In this document: piece after piece, positions 19,528-30,124 of the stretch
Position numbering within the stretch: the stretch's first letter is position 1
How the letters are laid out: the number at the start of each line of letters is the position of its first letter
Virus record (IMG/VR): IMGVR_UViG_3300043409_002109
Span: 64,001-128,000 of that record
Length of the DNA stretch: 64,000 nt
Reading direction: 5' to 3' (one strand)
Source: a virus
Translations under genes and position numbers: made by a program
The notes under the pieces: model-generated
The model's database searches: none
The model's input: only the letters and a program-made list of their open reading frames with translations
Told to the model about the DNA's origin: nothing

Positions 19528-20149
19528 CTTCTTTCTCTATGTTGAAAGTTATATCTATTGTCTTGATCGGGGACAGTCGAATTGAGATTGGTACAACGCT
19601 ACCCATTTGATAGATGTTTTGTATTTCATACTGAGTAGTTTTCGGCCCCGCTGAAGGAGCATCTATTTGTGGGTTAACCCAATCTACAGTCTCTATATCG
19701 TTATCCAGGTCAGATATTTTAAAGGAAGGTATTGACACTGGTTCGATACTAAGTTGTTCTACTTTGGATGGGGATTGACCCTGGTATTCATCCCTCACTG
19801 TAGATATGCGATATTTGCTCAGAACGCCAATCTGGCCCATTTCGTAGATAGGAAGTTTTTCCCGAGTAACTTTGTAAGGCAGAGGATCATAAGAAGTGAT
19901 TTTTCCTGGTAATTTTTCCCAAGGAAGGTAAGTCCTTTTAGGCCTTGGTAGATCACTTTCAACTATGCGTTGCCAATCAATTGGTTTGCAATTATCTTTA
20001 TTGATTTTGCAGCCAAAGAAATCTAAATATTCTTTTGGTTTGTAGGTTGGAGTTTCGGGCGCCATTGTTATCAATAGCACAATGCCGATATCAAAATCTC
20101 TTTCTATTAATTCTTGTATATAGAAAGGTATATCTGAATAGGGGTTCAT
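19520..20149 (-). CDS. Hypothetical protein
   Basis: Packed ORF. Confidence 0.55.
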   Translation of the reverse strand: MNPYSDIPFYIQELIERDFDIGIVLLITMAPETPTYKPKEYLDFFGCKINKDNCKPIDWQRIVESDLPRPKRTYLPWEKLPGKITSYDPLPYKVTREKLPIYEMGQIGVLSKYRISTVRDEYQGQSPSKVEQLSIEPVSIPSFKISDLDNDIETVDWVNPQIDAPSAGPKTTQYEIQNIYQMGSVVPISIRLSPIKTIDITFNIEKEDE

Positions 20150-20445
20150 GAGGAGACTACTCCGCTTTTTACTTGAGCTAAAGAAATTGAGTATGAGCGC
20201 TCAACTTCATCAAGCATTTGGTAGTAAAAACTTCTTGTTAGCGCTTTCAGTTCAATAATGAATATCTCTTCTGTGTAATATTTTAGATTGGTATCTGAAT
20301 ATACTTTTAAGATGTTGATTCTTTGAAAATTCATTCGCTCTCTTAACTCGATAACGAGAGAACCTGTATTCAAGTCTATTCTTAGGTTTTTAACATTTGT
20401 AGGTAAGTATGCATCTGCTAAAACATATGCTTGTTCGGCGTTCAT
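20146..20445 (-). CDS. Hypothetical protein
   Basis: Probable paralogue of 16434..16712. Confidence 0.55.
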   Translation of the reverse strand: MNAEQAYVLADAYLPTNVKNLRIDLNTGSLVIELRERMNFQRINILKVYSDTNLKYYTEEIFIIELKALTRSFYYQMLDEVERSYSISLAQVKSGVVSS

Positions 20446-20684
20446 TGTTTTGTTACCACTATTGCGAATTGATATGGATCAGAATATCTGTCCCAGATTA
20501 TTCTAATTCGAGGACAAGGCGACACCATTCTAACGCTATATTTTTCAAATAAGTGATGGAGTTCTGTCTCAAGCATATCTCTGTGGTATTGAGTAGAGTT
20601 TTTACCCTCATACTTGCCAATGACCTGGTATGCTTCTTTTACATAAATATTCCATTGCTCTTCATATTCAGTCAGAGAGACCAT
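20442..20684 (-). CDS. Hypothetical protein
   Basis: GAGG RBS, ATGA overlap. Confidence 0.5.
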   Translation of the reverse strand: MVSLTEYEEQWNIYVKEAYQVIGKYEGKNSTQYHRDMLETELHHLFEKYSVRMVSPCPRIRIIWDRYSDPYQFAIVVTKQ

Positions 20685-20787
20685 AGGCTACCTCTGTCGC
20701 TTGCACTAAGACATAAAAATGATTGTTTAATTCGTTATTGTTCATATTTTTTCCATGTAAATAAGGCCCACGAATGGGCCAGTTAGT

Positions 20788-21021
20788 TTAAATTTCTACA
20801 GAGACTTGATAAGGTCTACCAGTTACTACACTGGGAATCTCAGCATCTTCTAGATGTTTTTCTATCTTGCGTCGTACCCATTCTATTTCTGACTGGATAC
20901 TTTCGAAGATATTTTGTTCATCTTTAACAGGATCTCCAGTGAGATCTGTTTCAGCTTCGATAGGTCTATCGATCTTTAGTTTGAATTCTATTTCTTTTGA
21001 AATGTATTTTGTGTTGTTCAT
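20788..21021 (-). CDS. Hypothetical protein
   Basis: ATGA overlap with the primase-helicase. Confidence 0.55.
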   Translation of the reverse strand: MNNTKYISKEIEFKLKIDRPIEAETDLTGDPVKDEQNIFESIQSEIEWVRRKIEKHLEDAEIPSVVTGRPYQVSVEI

Positions 21022-23501
21022 GCTTCAGCCTCTACATAGTAAAGTTCTTCTTGCTCTGCTTCGATCTCTTGCTCGGTATCAATCGCTATTCCGCTTTCTC
21101 TCCGTGCCTCATTCAGATCTTTCTCTATTAAAGTCACAGTTGAGGGATCGAGATCCATCATAATTTTATTCTCTGGGCTCTTGAAAGAAGTAATTTTGTT
21201 TTTACCGAAGACTAACATTAAGCGGGGGCAAAGAGTTTTAGTCTCTTTGTTCACCCAATGAATCGTAGCATCTTGGCCACGATCATTTAGATCGTTATAA
21301 ACATGAATAATAATGTTGGGTCGGTACATCATGGCTCTAGCGTCAGCGATATCATCGTTGACAGGCAATTTCATCTTGCTAGTGTCCATAGGCATGTTCT
21401 TTCTGTATTCAACAGTGGCGAACATTGCACAATGATATTTAGCAGTCATATTCTTTTGTGATGTCGCGATATTACGCATACGACTAGTTTGGTCTAGCCC
21501 AGGATAGTCGGCGTAGTTTGCTGTGTTATCGGCAACTACTAGGATCTTTCTATCAGGATATTTGGTTCGAGCATATTTCAGTTGTTTCTCTAGAGGAGTA
21601 AGCGTGTTGCCATCCTCAGAGTCAATCAGAATTAAACGCTCCTCGCCTAGGAGATGCCTAAAGATATCAGCTGCTCGCTGATACACTATCCAAGTCTCTT
21701 TACTCTTTATATTCCTGTAGGGGTTAGCGGCTTCACCGATAGTTAGCCTAGACTCTTCTGGCTGCCGAATCATATCTGCTATTGTAGTTATGATTCTTGG
21801 AGCTACCTGTGTGTAGGCATCATCAGTCCAGTGCATAATTACCATGGCGAAGAGATCGTGCATTGCTACATCGATTCCTAAAGATGTGGTAACTGCTGTC
21901 TTACCTGCGTTTGCGCGGCCACCAAAGTAAACTAAGTTACCATCAGTAGCGCTCATACCACCCGCTAAAGCGGCGCCAAACATTCTATAAAATCCGAATT
22001 GGAACTCTGAGAGATTCTTATCTGTAGCTGAAGTTGCCTTGATCTCTTCTAGTGCATCGAATCTACCTACCTGGTGATTTGCTCCCATGATAGTTTTTTC
22101 GTACTCTCTATTGATATCTTCAATGTCAGCTTCGTGTTGAGTCAAAGCCGAAAGAAGATTAGTAGGATCGGCGGAAACTGCTCTCATATATTTTTGAGCA
22201 GCGCCCTCTAAGCGCTCACGACGCTCTTGTTCCTTGCCATCACGTATAGCTGCTACGTCCTGAGTGATACTCTGATAGCTTATGCCCGTGAAGTCAGACA
22301 GTTGCTTCGTTAGAAGCTCTCTCCGTATCGCGCTTGTTTCGGCTGCTATAAGAGGAACCATACTGGAGCATACTTCGTCAGCTGCAGCTTTGTCTGAGAT
22401 GCGTCCGAGGACCCATTCAAACGCTGGCACCTTTTGAAGATCGGTAAATGGTTTACCAGTCTTCTCATTAGCAATGAGTTCGCTGGGATCTTTGGCCTCT
22501 GTGTCTCCAGGAATGACAACAGAGCAGCTTACTCCGGGGGCGAACTTAATTTCATTCATTAGAATGCGCTCAGTGGCCCCTGTGCCGGCTTCGTCCCAGT
22601 CTAGGCAGAAGTATGCCTGACGGATTCCAAGCATCTTCAGTAGAGCCAGGTGCTCACCGGTGAAGGCAGTGCCACAGACAGCTGCTACGTTAAAGATCCC
22701 GACTCTATGTAGTGCGGCCAAGTCTCCAGGGCCTTCTACAATATAGAGTCCATCTTTTTTCGCGCCAGCCTTAAGAGCAATATCGATACCTAATAGAATC
22801 TTCTTCTTTTCATAGATAGCTGATTCATGGGAGTTGATGTATTTCGGGCCGCTGTTTCCCAGATTACGGCTAATGAAACCGACAGGGCGTCCTCTATAGT
22901 CTTTGACTACGAAAGTTAATAGCTCAGAGTCTATGAATTTAGTTGTACTCGTTCGAATCATCATACTACTGATGATATCTGTCTGAGACCAACCTTGCTC
23001 TTGTAGTCTTGAGCTTAACTCTCCAGAGTCTATTGAGCCTATAGTAAGACGATCTCTAGACCATCCTCTTTCCTTGCAGTAAGCTGTACCCTCTTCTGAA
23101 GCGTGAGCTTCTAAGATGTTGCTAATGTCATTAGCTAGTTTTAAGAGCTTAGCTTTCTCTTTCTCAGCGGGGCTTATAGCGCCCATCTGCACTTCGAGCC
23201 CCATCTGCTCAGCTAATGCGGGGAGTGTTTCTGTTATAAACTCTGGCCCGCTTATAGGCAGGTTCTCGATAACAGAAGCGGCGCGAAAGATATCGAAATC
23301 TCCGCAGCCGCTCCAGCATCTAAAAGTCTGATAACCACTCTTCGGATTATATGAGCAGCTTGGAGTTTTATCTTCATGAGAGATGCAATGAAACTTTGCT
23401 TTAACATTACCTGCCTCTGCACCTAAATGTTTTTCTAAATAATTGGTTAACCGTGGGCGTAGCTCCGCCACAAGTTCATTTACGTTACTGATATATGACA
23501 T
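21018..23501 (-). CDS. DNA primase-helicase fusion (CHC2 Zn finger, DnaG TOPRIM, DnaB-like SF4 helicase)
   Basis: CISHEDKTPS..CWSGC; KYINS; VEGPGD..LDWDEAG; Walker A GGRANAGKT; KNK. Confidence 0.9.
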   Translation of the reverse strand: MSYISNVNELVAELRPRLTNYLEKHLGAEAGNVKAKFHCISHEDKTPSCSYNPKSGYQTFRCWSGCGDFDIFRAASVIENLPISGPEFITETLPALAEQMGLEVQMGAISPAEKEKAKLLKLANDISNILEAHASEEGTAYCKERGWSRDRLTIGSIDSGELSSRLQEQGWSQTDIISSMMIRTSTTKFIDSELLTFVVKDYRGRPVGFISRNLGNSGPKYINSHESAIYEKKKILLGIDIALKAGAKKDGLYIVEGPGDLAALHRVGIFNVAAVCGTAFTGEHLALLKMLGIRQAYFCLDWDEAGTGATERILMNEIKFAPGVSCSVVIPGDTEAKDPSELIANEKTGKPFTDLQKVPAFEWVLGRISDKAAADEVCSSMVPLIAAETSAIRRELLTKQLSDFTGISYQSITQDVAAIRDGKEQERRERLEGAAQKYMRAVSADPTNLLSALTQHEADIEDINREYEKTIMGANHQVGRFDALEEIKATSATDKNLSEFQFGFYRMFGAALAGGMSATDGNLVYFGGRANAGKTAVTTSLGIDVAMHDLFAMVIMHWTDDAYTQVAPRIITTIADMIRQPEESRLTIGEAANPYRNIKSKETWIVYQRAADIFRHLLGEERLILIDSEDGNTLTPLEKQLKYARTKYPDRKILVVADNTANYADYPGLDQTSRMRNIATSQKNMTAKYHCAMFATVEYRKNMPMDTSKMKLPVNDDIADARAMMYRPNIIIHVYNDLNDRGQDATIHWVNKETKTLCPRLMLVFGKNKITSFKSPENKIMMDLDPSTVTLIEKDLNEARRESGIAIDTEQEIEAEQEELYYVEAEA

Positions 23502-23510
23502 GTGTTTTCC

Positions 23511-24605
23511 TTACTTTAGATTCATATGATCTAGACTTTCTCTTCGACCTGCTGATGTTATCCGAATAAAGGTAACATTGTCCGGGTGTAAATCTGCTAA
23601 AGTGACGAGTCCTAGATATGAAATAGCACTCTGGACGCCCTCTCTATATCTCATTATAAGAGTTTCGACAGTCTCTCCATCCCAGTACATATCTTTTGAG
23701 CTGGCCCCTTCGGGGCACCAGCTCGCTTGGCCTTTATAGTCTTTCTGGAACTCGGCGCTAGCCTGACCTCTGTAGACCTTTTTGTAAACCTGAGGCATAG
23801 CCTCAGCCTGTGGACCGCATATAAGAAGGCCTCCTTGATAAGAGTTGTCAACTTCCCATCCTGGAGCTTCAAAGGTCTTTGAGAACTCATGGCCCATCAT
23901 AATACCCTTAGCCCCAGCGGCAAGATACTTTACAGCATCTCCAGAATTTTTAATGCCACCATCGGCAATCACAATAGCTTTTGGATTATGATTGGCTACA
24001 TTATATACAGCTTCAAGCTGTGGAACGCCAATACCAGTTACAATTCTAGTTGTGCAGGCGGCTCCAGAACCTATACCTACTCTAAGGTGAGTAGCTCCAC
24101 TATCGAAACAGTGTCTACCTGCGCTAGAGCTAGCTATAGATCCAGACATTATGCTTTTTATGAATGTAAGTTCTTTTCGTAAAAATCTAATAGCATTTAA
24201 GCCCAGAACAGAATGTCCGTGGGCTATGTCTATTGCGACGTTTACGAAGAAGTCTTTTTCATTCGAAACAGGAACTTCTTCTAGCTCTTTTATGAAGTCT
24301 TGAAGATGCTCAGGAGTCCCCCCGACTGCAAAGAAAGCTTCCGTAGAGTGAAAGTCTCGGAGACATCTTGCTCTTTCTTCCTTCGAGAGGAAGCGGCTTA
24401 CAACAGGGATTTCGTTTAGTTCAAGCATTCGCTTTGTAAGCCAATAACCTGTCACTCTATCCATAGGAGCAGAGTAAATAAAAGGATTCAATGTTGCGTC
24501 TCGCCTTGATGCGAGTATCCCCTTCTGGGGTACAAGCAGTACGTCATCGGCTGATAAGAGTGTGTCTTCGTTTCTAAGTAAGCTCTTCATAGTATCTCGT
24601 TCCAT
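23511..24605 (-). CDS. IMP dehydrogenase / GMP reductase family (no CBS domain)
   Basis: [43 protein letters not shown]. Confidence 0.92.
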   Translation of the reverse strand: MERDTMKSLLRNEDTLLSADDVLLVPQKGILASRRDATLNPFIYSAPMDRVTGYWLTKRMLELNEIPVVSRFLSKEERARCLRDFHSTEAFFAVGGTPEHLQDFIKELEEVPVSNEKDFFVNVAIDIAHGHSVLGLNAIRFLRKELTFIKSIMSGSIASSSAGRHCFDSGATHLRVGIGSGAACTTRIVTGIGVPQLEAVYNVANHNPKAIVIADGGIKNSGDAVKYLAAGAKGIMMGHEFSKTFEAPGWEVDNSYQGGLLICGPQAEAMPQVYKKVYRGQASAEFQKDYKGQASWCPEGASSKDMYWDGETVETLIMRYREGVQSAISYLGLVTLADLHPDNVTFIRITSAGRRESLDHMNLK

Positions 24606-24849
24606 TTATATTTGGTATGTCTTTAGCTCTTATTCCAATGTCGATCCATCCTCCTTCGCGAGGAAGAACTTCCATAACACAGGCTTGATATGGTTTTGAA
24701 CAGTAAATATTTTCAGTTTCTAAGAGTAGCTCTGTGTACTCTAGCATGACTGAACATGCTTCTGAAAAACTTAGATAAGGTCCATAGGTCTTCGTTATGG
24801 TATTTACTTCAGTTGTTGCTTCAACGTAAATTAAGAAAAATGTATCCAT
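24574..24849 (-). CDS. Hypothetical protein
   Basis: TAA-ATG junction. Confidence 0.5.
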   Translation of the reverse strand: MDTFFLIYVEATTEVNTITKTYGPYLSFSEACSVMLEYTELLLETENIYCSKPYQACVMEVLPREGGWIDIGIRAKDIPNINGTRYYEELT

Positions 24850-25914
24850 TTAAATCTCGTTTGGTGTTCCGTCTTTGTTGTAGCAAGTGTTTCTATGAGG
24901 ACACCATCCACAGTTGAAATCACCTTTAACAGGCAATTTCAATTCTACTTTAGGCTTTAAGTCCATAGACTCTCTTTCAAGATTTTCTTGCTCTCTCTCT
25001 CTTATTTTTTCTAATTGCGTTCGATCTGTTTTATTTAAGCTATCGAAAATTTCTGGCGAATCAAAATCTTCTCTTGTGTACTGAAGTTTAAAATCTCTAT
25101 TCGGGATTTCTTGTTTCATAACATAAGAAGCAATCACACTATATTGTTCCAAGATGCTGTTAATAGTAATTAGAGATTTAGTCCATTTAGTTTTAAGAGG
25201 ACTAACTCCTCTGTACCAAATATAGATTAAACCATCTTCATCTTCTTCAGTCCGAACCAAGTACTCTGCGTATTTGCCGCCACCACGATCTCCATAGACT
25301 AGTCTACTTGGGCCGTAAGCCTCATCATTGGATGCTACCCACCAGTGGTAGAGCGCAATCTGCATAAGGTTCTTGTCTCTTGGAGAGCCAAGTTGTCCTT
25401 TTCGATGGTCGGCGTCGGTTCCGATAACTTTGTCCGCTCCGTAGGAGTAGACTGATTTCGCCTCTACTATACTCAATTTGTTTGTTTCTATATCTATGAT
25501 AACAATGTCCTCTTTACCAGAGACATTATGGCTTTTAATATAGACAGGTACTTGAGTATAGACGAAGATTCCTGAATTCTTGCACTGTTCAATGAGGTAC
25601 TCTTCATAGAGTTCTCCCATTGCCCATATGAATCTCATATAATTCGAGACAGGAATTTCTTCCTCTTTTAAACGTTCAACTAATTCTTTTGATTTTTCAA
25701 ATCTGATTGGATCATATTTGTAGTTCTCTTTCAGAAGTCTGAAGAAAGCCTGTCTGCGACACTGCCCTACTACCTGTTCTTGACCATTCGTAGAAATAAT
25801 AGCAGTGGCCTCCGAGGGCCACTGCGTTGGTTCCTTGCTGTCGCCAGGGCGAGGGCGAGAAATATTATTTAAGATATGATCAAGGACAGCGAAATTACTG
25901 TCCTTGTGTGTCAT
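24850..25914 (-). CDS. Cas4-like PD-(D/E)XK exonuclease
   Basis: WPSE..CRRQ, SGKED, VEAKS, QIALY, C-terminal CGWCPHRNTC. Confidence 0.8.
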   Translation of the reverse strand: MTHKDSNFAVLDHILNNISRPRPGDSKEPTQWPSEATAIISTNGQEQVVGQCRRQAFFRLLKENYKYDPIRFEKSKELVERLKEEEIPVSNYMRFIWAMGELYEEYLIEQCKNSGIFVYTQVPVYIKSHNVSGKEDIVIIDIETNKLSIVEAKSVYSYGADKVIGTDADHRKGQLGSPRDKNLMQIALYHWWVASNDEAYGPSRLVYGDRGGGKYAEYLVRTEEDEDGLIYIWYRGVSPLKTKWTKSLITINSILEQYSVIASYVMKQEIPNRDFKLQYTREDFDSPEIFDSLNKTDRTQLEKIREREQENLERESMDLKPKVELKLPVKGDFNCGWCPHRNTCYNKDGTPNEI

Positions 25915-26191
25915 CTAAATTTACGCCCTTATTTTCCATCGCACTGCGAATACGGGAAACCTCTTCATCAATTTCTGCGGATCGTCGTTCGGCGAATTCT
26001 AAGAATTCATTTTCGAGATCTAAGACTATAAGAGGATTCCCCTCGGAATCTCTGGCGGCCTTAATTTTCTCAATTAAGTATTCCATATGAAGACCTAACT
26101 GGACTACATTCTGTCCCATATAATTCAGGCGCTGATCTAGCTTACCGAATGCTCCGATAAGCTGCTGGTCTGTTAACATTCTTTCTGACAT
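25895..26191 (-). CDS. Hypothetical protein
   Basis: GAGG RBS. Confidence 0.6.
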   Translation of the reverse strand: MSERMLTDQQLIGAFGKLDQRLNYMGQNVVQLGLHMEYLIEKIKAARDSEGNPLIVLDLENEFLEFAERRSAEIDEEVSRIRSAMENKGVNLDDTQGQ

Positions 26192-26227
26192 CTATTCCTC
26201 TTTTAATTTTAGCCTTTAGCGGCTTGT

Positions 26228-27328
26228 TTATATGACACTTTTCTTTGGCGGCATTACGTAGCCCAAGTACACAGGGCCGCTCTTATTGAAATCACAGTTG
26301 CCTTCTTCATCCTGGTAAACAACAGCATAACCATTAACGGCGCCACCGAAGAACTCCAGCTTTGGACTATGAGCATAAGTCATAAGTCCAGAAAGGCAAC
26401 CCTGTTCGATAAGAAGCTGCTGGGCATGAATCCCCTTGTAGAACTTATGTACATGGCCTATTACTACACAGTCAATAGCACCATGCTGATAGCGGCTATT
26501 AAAATAGTTAGCTACAGTCTGAACTGTAGCTCCCGGCTTTCCGCCACCACGACCATGAGGATGTGCGAAGATTGTTCTGCCTATCCGAAGGTACCAAGAC
26601 TCCCTCTGGTCATAGAAGACGTTAGAGAAGTCTTTCCGATCTACTAAGAGTCCTGTTTCATCTAGCATCTCGCCATTGGCAAGTCTAGCTAATAGGTCCG
26701 GGCGGAATATCTGAGAGGCCTCTTGTTCAAAACCTTCTCTGGCAAGAGCTTTCGCTGAGCGTACATCGTGGTTACCTGCTATGAGATAAACCTTAGGGAA
26801 TAGCTCGGCGCAAAGATTCACGAATTCAAAAGCTGCCTGGTACTCATGCAGGGCAGCAATTCTCTTGTGCTTCTCAAATGTACTGAACACATGGCCCTCA
26901 AAGATATCTCCATTGAGAACACAGATGTCAGCATCTTCATGAGCTTTAACAGCTTCCATTAGATAATCAACACGAGCATAAGGGAAATGAATATCACTTA
27001 AGGTGAGTATCTTTACGCCTGCACTAGTCGGGCGGCCTACGTTATAGTCTTCTGACTCGTCCTCATACTCTTTCTGAATAGCAGCTATCTTTCTAGCCCG
27101 CTCTGTTAGCGGGTTAATCGTTCTGTATTCTTTGAAAGTGACTGGATTTAAGGCTTCACGAGAAATCTTTTTGCGGATAGCCTCTTCTGTTCTTTCACAA
27201 GGAAAGCCAGGGAGGCCCTGATCGTGTCGTCGATTAATCTGCTCTGCGATCTCTCTTTGAGAATTTGTAGGAAGAAGTATTCTTAGGAGATGCTCTTCTT
27301 CAGGGCGCCATTTGAATGTTGTATTCAT
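26228..27328 (-). CDS. Calcineurin-like metallophosphoesterase with N-terminal Myb/HTH-like segment
   Basis: SDIH, LNGD, GNHD, HPH, GHVH. Confidence 0.85.
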   Translation of the reverse strand: MNTTFKWRPEEEHLLRILLPTNSQREIAEQINRRHDQGLPGFPCERTEEAIRKKISREALNPVTFKEYRTINPLTERARKIAAIQKEYEDESEDYNVGRPTSAGVKILTLSDIHFPYARVDYLMEAVKAHEDADICVLNGDIFEGHVFSTFEKHKRIAALHEYQAAFEFVNLCAELFPKVYLIAGNHDVRSAKALAREGFEQEASQIFRPDLLARLANGEMLDETGLLVDRKDFSNVFYDQRESWYLRIGRTIFAHPHGRGGGKPGATVQTVANYFNSRYQHGAIDCVVIGHVHKFYKGIHAQQLLIEQGCLSGLMTYAHSPKLEFFGGAVNGYAVVYQDEEGNCDFNKSGPVYLGYVMPPKKSVI

Positions 27329-27330
27329 TA

Positions 27331-29493
27331 TTAACCTTTATATATGTCTATAGTATCTGCAAATATTTCAATGATTGGAGCTTCTTGAGAAACTTTACCT
27401 GAGACTTTTATTAAATCTTTTACCTCTGGTAGTGCTCGGTATTTAATAATTTGAGCATAACTTCTAGGGAATAGAATTATCTTTGCAGTTGCTGTGCCAT
27501 CGCCTATTTCTAGAATAGCCATAGGTTGGCCTTTTTTTGTTTTCATATCTCTTACTTCTATTACCATTCCGCAAACCACTGCGTTAACACCTTCAAAGAC
27601 GTTAACTAAAGCTTCTGCTTCGGAGTAGATCATTCGTGCAGGGTGTCTCCCTAAGAAGCACCCTATGTATTCTTGTTGAATCATCATTTGATGTAAGGTG
27701 ATAGGTATTTTACTATGTCTCTCTAGGGTTGGCATAGTAGGAAACTCTTTTTCTTTTAAGCTAACTTTCTTTCGAAGGTTTGAAGTTGTTTCTAAGAACT
27801 CTAACTCTTCTGCTGTAAGTTCTCTATCCTTCTTTCTTGCCTCTATCTTTTTAAGTTCAGTTCGGCGCGCGATCAAGGGCTCCAGTTCAAGATTCTCTTT
27901 TTCTCTGATTTTAATCTCTGCTTTTCTTTCATAAAATTCTTGGAGTTCTGTTTTGAAATCATAGAGTTTATGCATTTGAGCAAGTAGGTCTTGTCTGAGG
28001 TAGCCCATAGTATCGAAGGCTCCTGCATTCACTAGAGATTCAAAGACTTTGGTATTTATTTTCTGGGTATTTACTCTTTCAATGAAATCGTTAATATCTT
28101 TAAAAGGGAGTTTACCTCTAGCTGATATGATTGCTTGAGAAGCGGTCTTACCGCAAGAACGGATACCGTTCAACCCAAAATATATTTCTCCCTCGGCCAC
28201 AATATGAAAGCCAAGGTAAGATTTCTGTACTGAGGGCGGTGAGATTCTAATTCCTAATTCTCTTGCTTCAATAATATATTCAGGAGCTTTGGCGGCCCAA
28301 TCTTTAGGCATCATATCTTCTGATCTTACGCTCATTAAAGAGCAAAAGAATTCAGTAGGATAGTTCGCTTTAAAGTAGGCACAGAGGTAGGAAACGTAAC
28401 TGTAGGCTACGGCATGTGATTTGTTAAATAAATATTCTCCGCACCCAAGAATAATTGCCCAGAGATAATCTATCTGATGATCGTTGAGCCCATATCTTTG
28501 ACAACCTTTTTTAAAGGGCTCTGTTATAGTGGCGAGGTATTTGAGATCTTTCTTCCCTATCGCTCTTCTGGCTAAATCGGAATCAACTAGGTCTAGCCCT
28601 GCTATTTCTACGAACAATAGCATGAGCTGTTCTTGGTAGACCAATACATTCCTTGTGTCTTTCCAAAGGGTTTGAATCGCTTCAGGTATTTCGGGATCAG
28701 GATCATTGTTTAGATACCTATCTAGGAATCCTGCTGATGATGGCCCAGGCCGAACAAGTGATGTTATATCACTCAGCTCTCCTATACTTTTAGGCTGAGC
28801 TTGCAATGAGGCGCGTTTGATAGAAGCTGATTCTTCGAACTGGAACACTCCAGTCAAGTGACCATCAGCAAATAATTTATAAGCTTTTGGATCTCCGTCA
28901 GGAACAGTATAAATATCGTATACCTTATTGTGTCGCTCGCGTATAAGTTTCACACATCTCTTTAGGATATCTAAGTTCTTGATAACCAGGAAGTCGAATT
29001 TAATGAGACCTTGAGCTTCGGTATCTCCCATTTCAAACTGAGTTATTCTTTCATAGTCTTTATTTCTCCAGACAGGAACGTGATTCGCTATAGGAGTATT
29101 GTTTATCACCATGCCAGCCGCGTGAACCCCATAGTTAGATACCATACCTTCTAACTGGTAACAGAAATCATGCCAATCTTTATATTTGCCGATAGTGAGT
29201 TCAGGTTGCTCTGGGTAATTTTTGTCTGGATTACCTTCTATGATTTCTTTGAATGTGGCTTCTTTCCCGAATAAGGGTGGCGGTATTTTTCCCAGGATTG
29301 TTTGCATGAGACTATAATGGGTCTCTCTCTCAGCAGGGTTCTCTGGCTCGGTTAGTTTGAAGTAGCGGCGCGTTAAGCTCTTAGTCCCGAATGTTCCTTG
29401 AGTACCTATGTTAGCTACATTGTCGCGGCCCCACTCTTCTACTATCCATTCTAGGACTTTCTCTCGACCTTCTCCATCAAAGTCCATGTCAAT
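27331..29493 (-). CDS. dnaE: DNA polymerase III alpha, catalytic part, exon 2 (palm/thumb/fingers/HhH/OB)
   Basis: IDMDF, HAAG, GLIKFDFL, GVFQFE, RPGP, YQEQ, FNKSHA.AY, C-terminal OB fold. Confidence 0.93.
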   Translation of the reverse strand: MDMDFDGEGREKVLEWIVEEWGRDNVANIGTQGTFGTKSLTRRYFKLTEPENPAERETHYSLMQTILGKIPPPLFGKEATFKEIIEGNPDKNYPEQPELTIGKYKDWHDFCYQLEGMVSNYGVHAAGMVINNTPIANHVPVWRNKDYERITQFEMGDTEAQGLIKFDFLVIKNLDILKRCVKLIRERHNKVYDIYTVPDGDPKAYKLFADGHLTGVFQFEESASIKRASLQAQPKSIGELSDITSLVRPGPSSAGFLDRYLNNDPDPEIPEAIQTLWKDTRNVLVYQEQLMLLFVEIAGLDLVDSDLARRAIGKKDLKYLATITEPFKKGCQRYGLNDHQIDYLWAIILGCGEYLFNKSHAVAYSYVSYLCAYFKANYPTEFFCSLMSVRSEDMMPKDWAAKAPEYIIEARELGIRISPPSVQKSYLGFHIVAEGEIYFGLNGIRSCGKTASQAIISARGKLPFKDINDFIERVNTQKINTKVFESLVNAGAFDTMGYLRQDLLAQMHKLYDFKTELQEFYERKAEIKIREKENLELEPLIARRTELKKIEARKKDRELTAEELEFLETTSNLRKKVSLKEKEFPTMPTLERHSKIPITLHQMMIQQEYIGCFLGRHPARMIYSEAEALVNVFEGVNAVVCGMVIEVRDMKTKKGQPMAILEIGDGTATAKIILFPRSYAQIIKYRALPEVKDLIKVSGKVSQEAPIIEIFADTIDIYKG

Positions 29494-29781
29494 CGTTGTG
29501 TTTGGATAGATCGTTATTCTATCACTCTGTATATTTCTATACAGACCAGACTATATCATCACCCTTTTCAGGGTGTCACACACTTCGACCTCACTTAAGG
29601 CCTACTCCCGCTCCCGGGATAGTCGTTGAACCTTCAAGAATATTTCTATTCAAGCTCGGCTGCTGATTGCCCAATCCTGAAGATTATTACTCGGTGAGTA
29701 CTTCAGGCTCTAAGGGGTTTCCAGCAATTCGTGTAATTTTTCGAATATCCTTTTCGGATATAAGGGACTGTGCATATCGCA
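29494..29781 (-). ncRNA. Group I self-splicing intron (IA-like, 288 nt, no ORF) in dnaE
   Basis: P AAUUGCUGGAAA, Q GCAAUCAGCAG, R UUCAACGACUA, S GAUGAUAUAGUC; P3 UUACAC/GUGUGA; 5' exon ends in U with a U.G pair in P1; terminal G; splicing restores SPPD-IDMDF. Confidence 0.93.
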
Positions 29782-30033
29782 ATCCGGAGGACTTCCGCCA
29801 GTACTCTCTGATCGTTCCTTTTTTAGATCAATAGAATCTGTTAATCCGCTTGTATATAGCAATAAGCTATTGTAAGGATTAGCTTTAAAGAATTTATTTT
29901 CTTTAATGCATTTAAGGATGAATTCTAGATCACTATCTTTTGCTTTCTCTAACTCGAAAGACAAGAAATCTAAATCTACTTCATCTATTCGCTCTGTATA
30001 AAGACACTCTTTAACCTGTTGTCTTAGGTTCAT
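29782..30033 (-). CDS. dnaE: DNA polymerase III alpha, catalytic part, exon 1 (84 codons ending ...GGSPPD)
   Basis: GGAG RBS upstream; joins exon 2 in frame once the intron is removed. Confidence 0.85.
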
Positions 30034-30124
30034 TTAATACTCCGTGACCGGGTTGTTAACTTGCAGAAACTGCAAATTTAATTGATAATTCTTTTAGAAG
30101 ACCGGGCTTGATGCCCATTACCTT

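Noticed and set aside
24850-25914. Cas4 as part of a CRISPR-Cas system
   Set aside because: No array or other cas genes are present. Solo Cas4-like nucleases are common in phage recombination modules.
29710-29781. ORF-track tail CDMHSPLYP... of the 107-aa ORF as an intein start (Cys after PD)
   Set aside because: It is read-through into the group I intron. It stops after 23 codons and no intein C-terminal HN motif exists.
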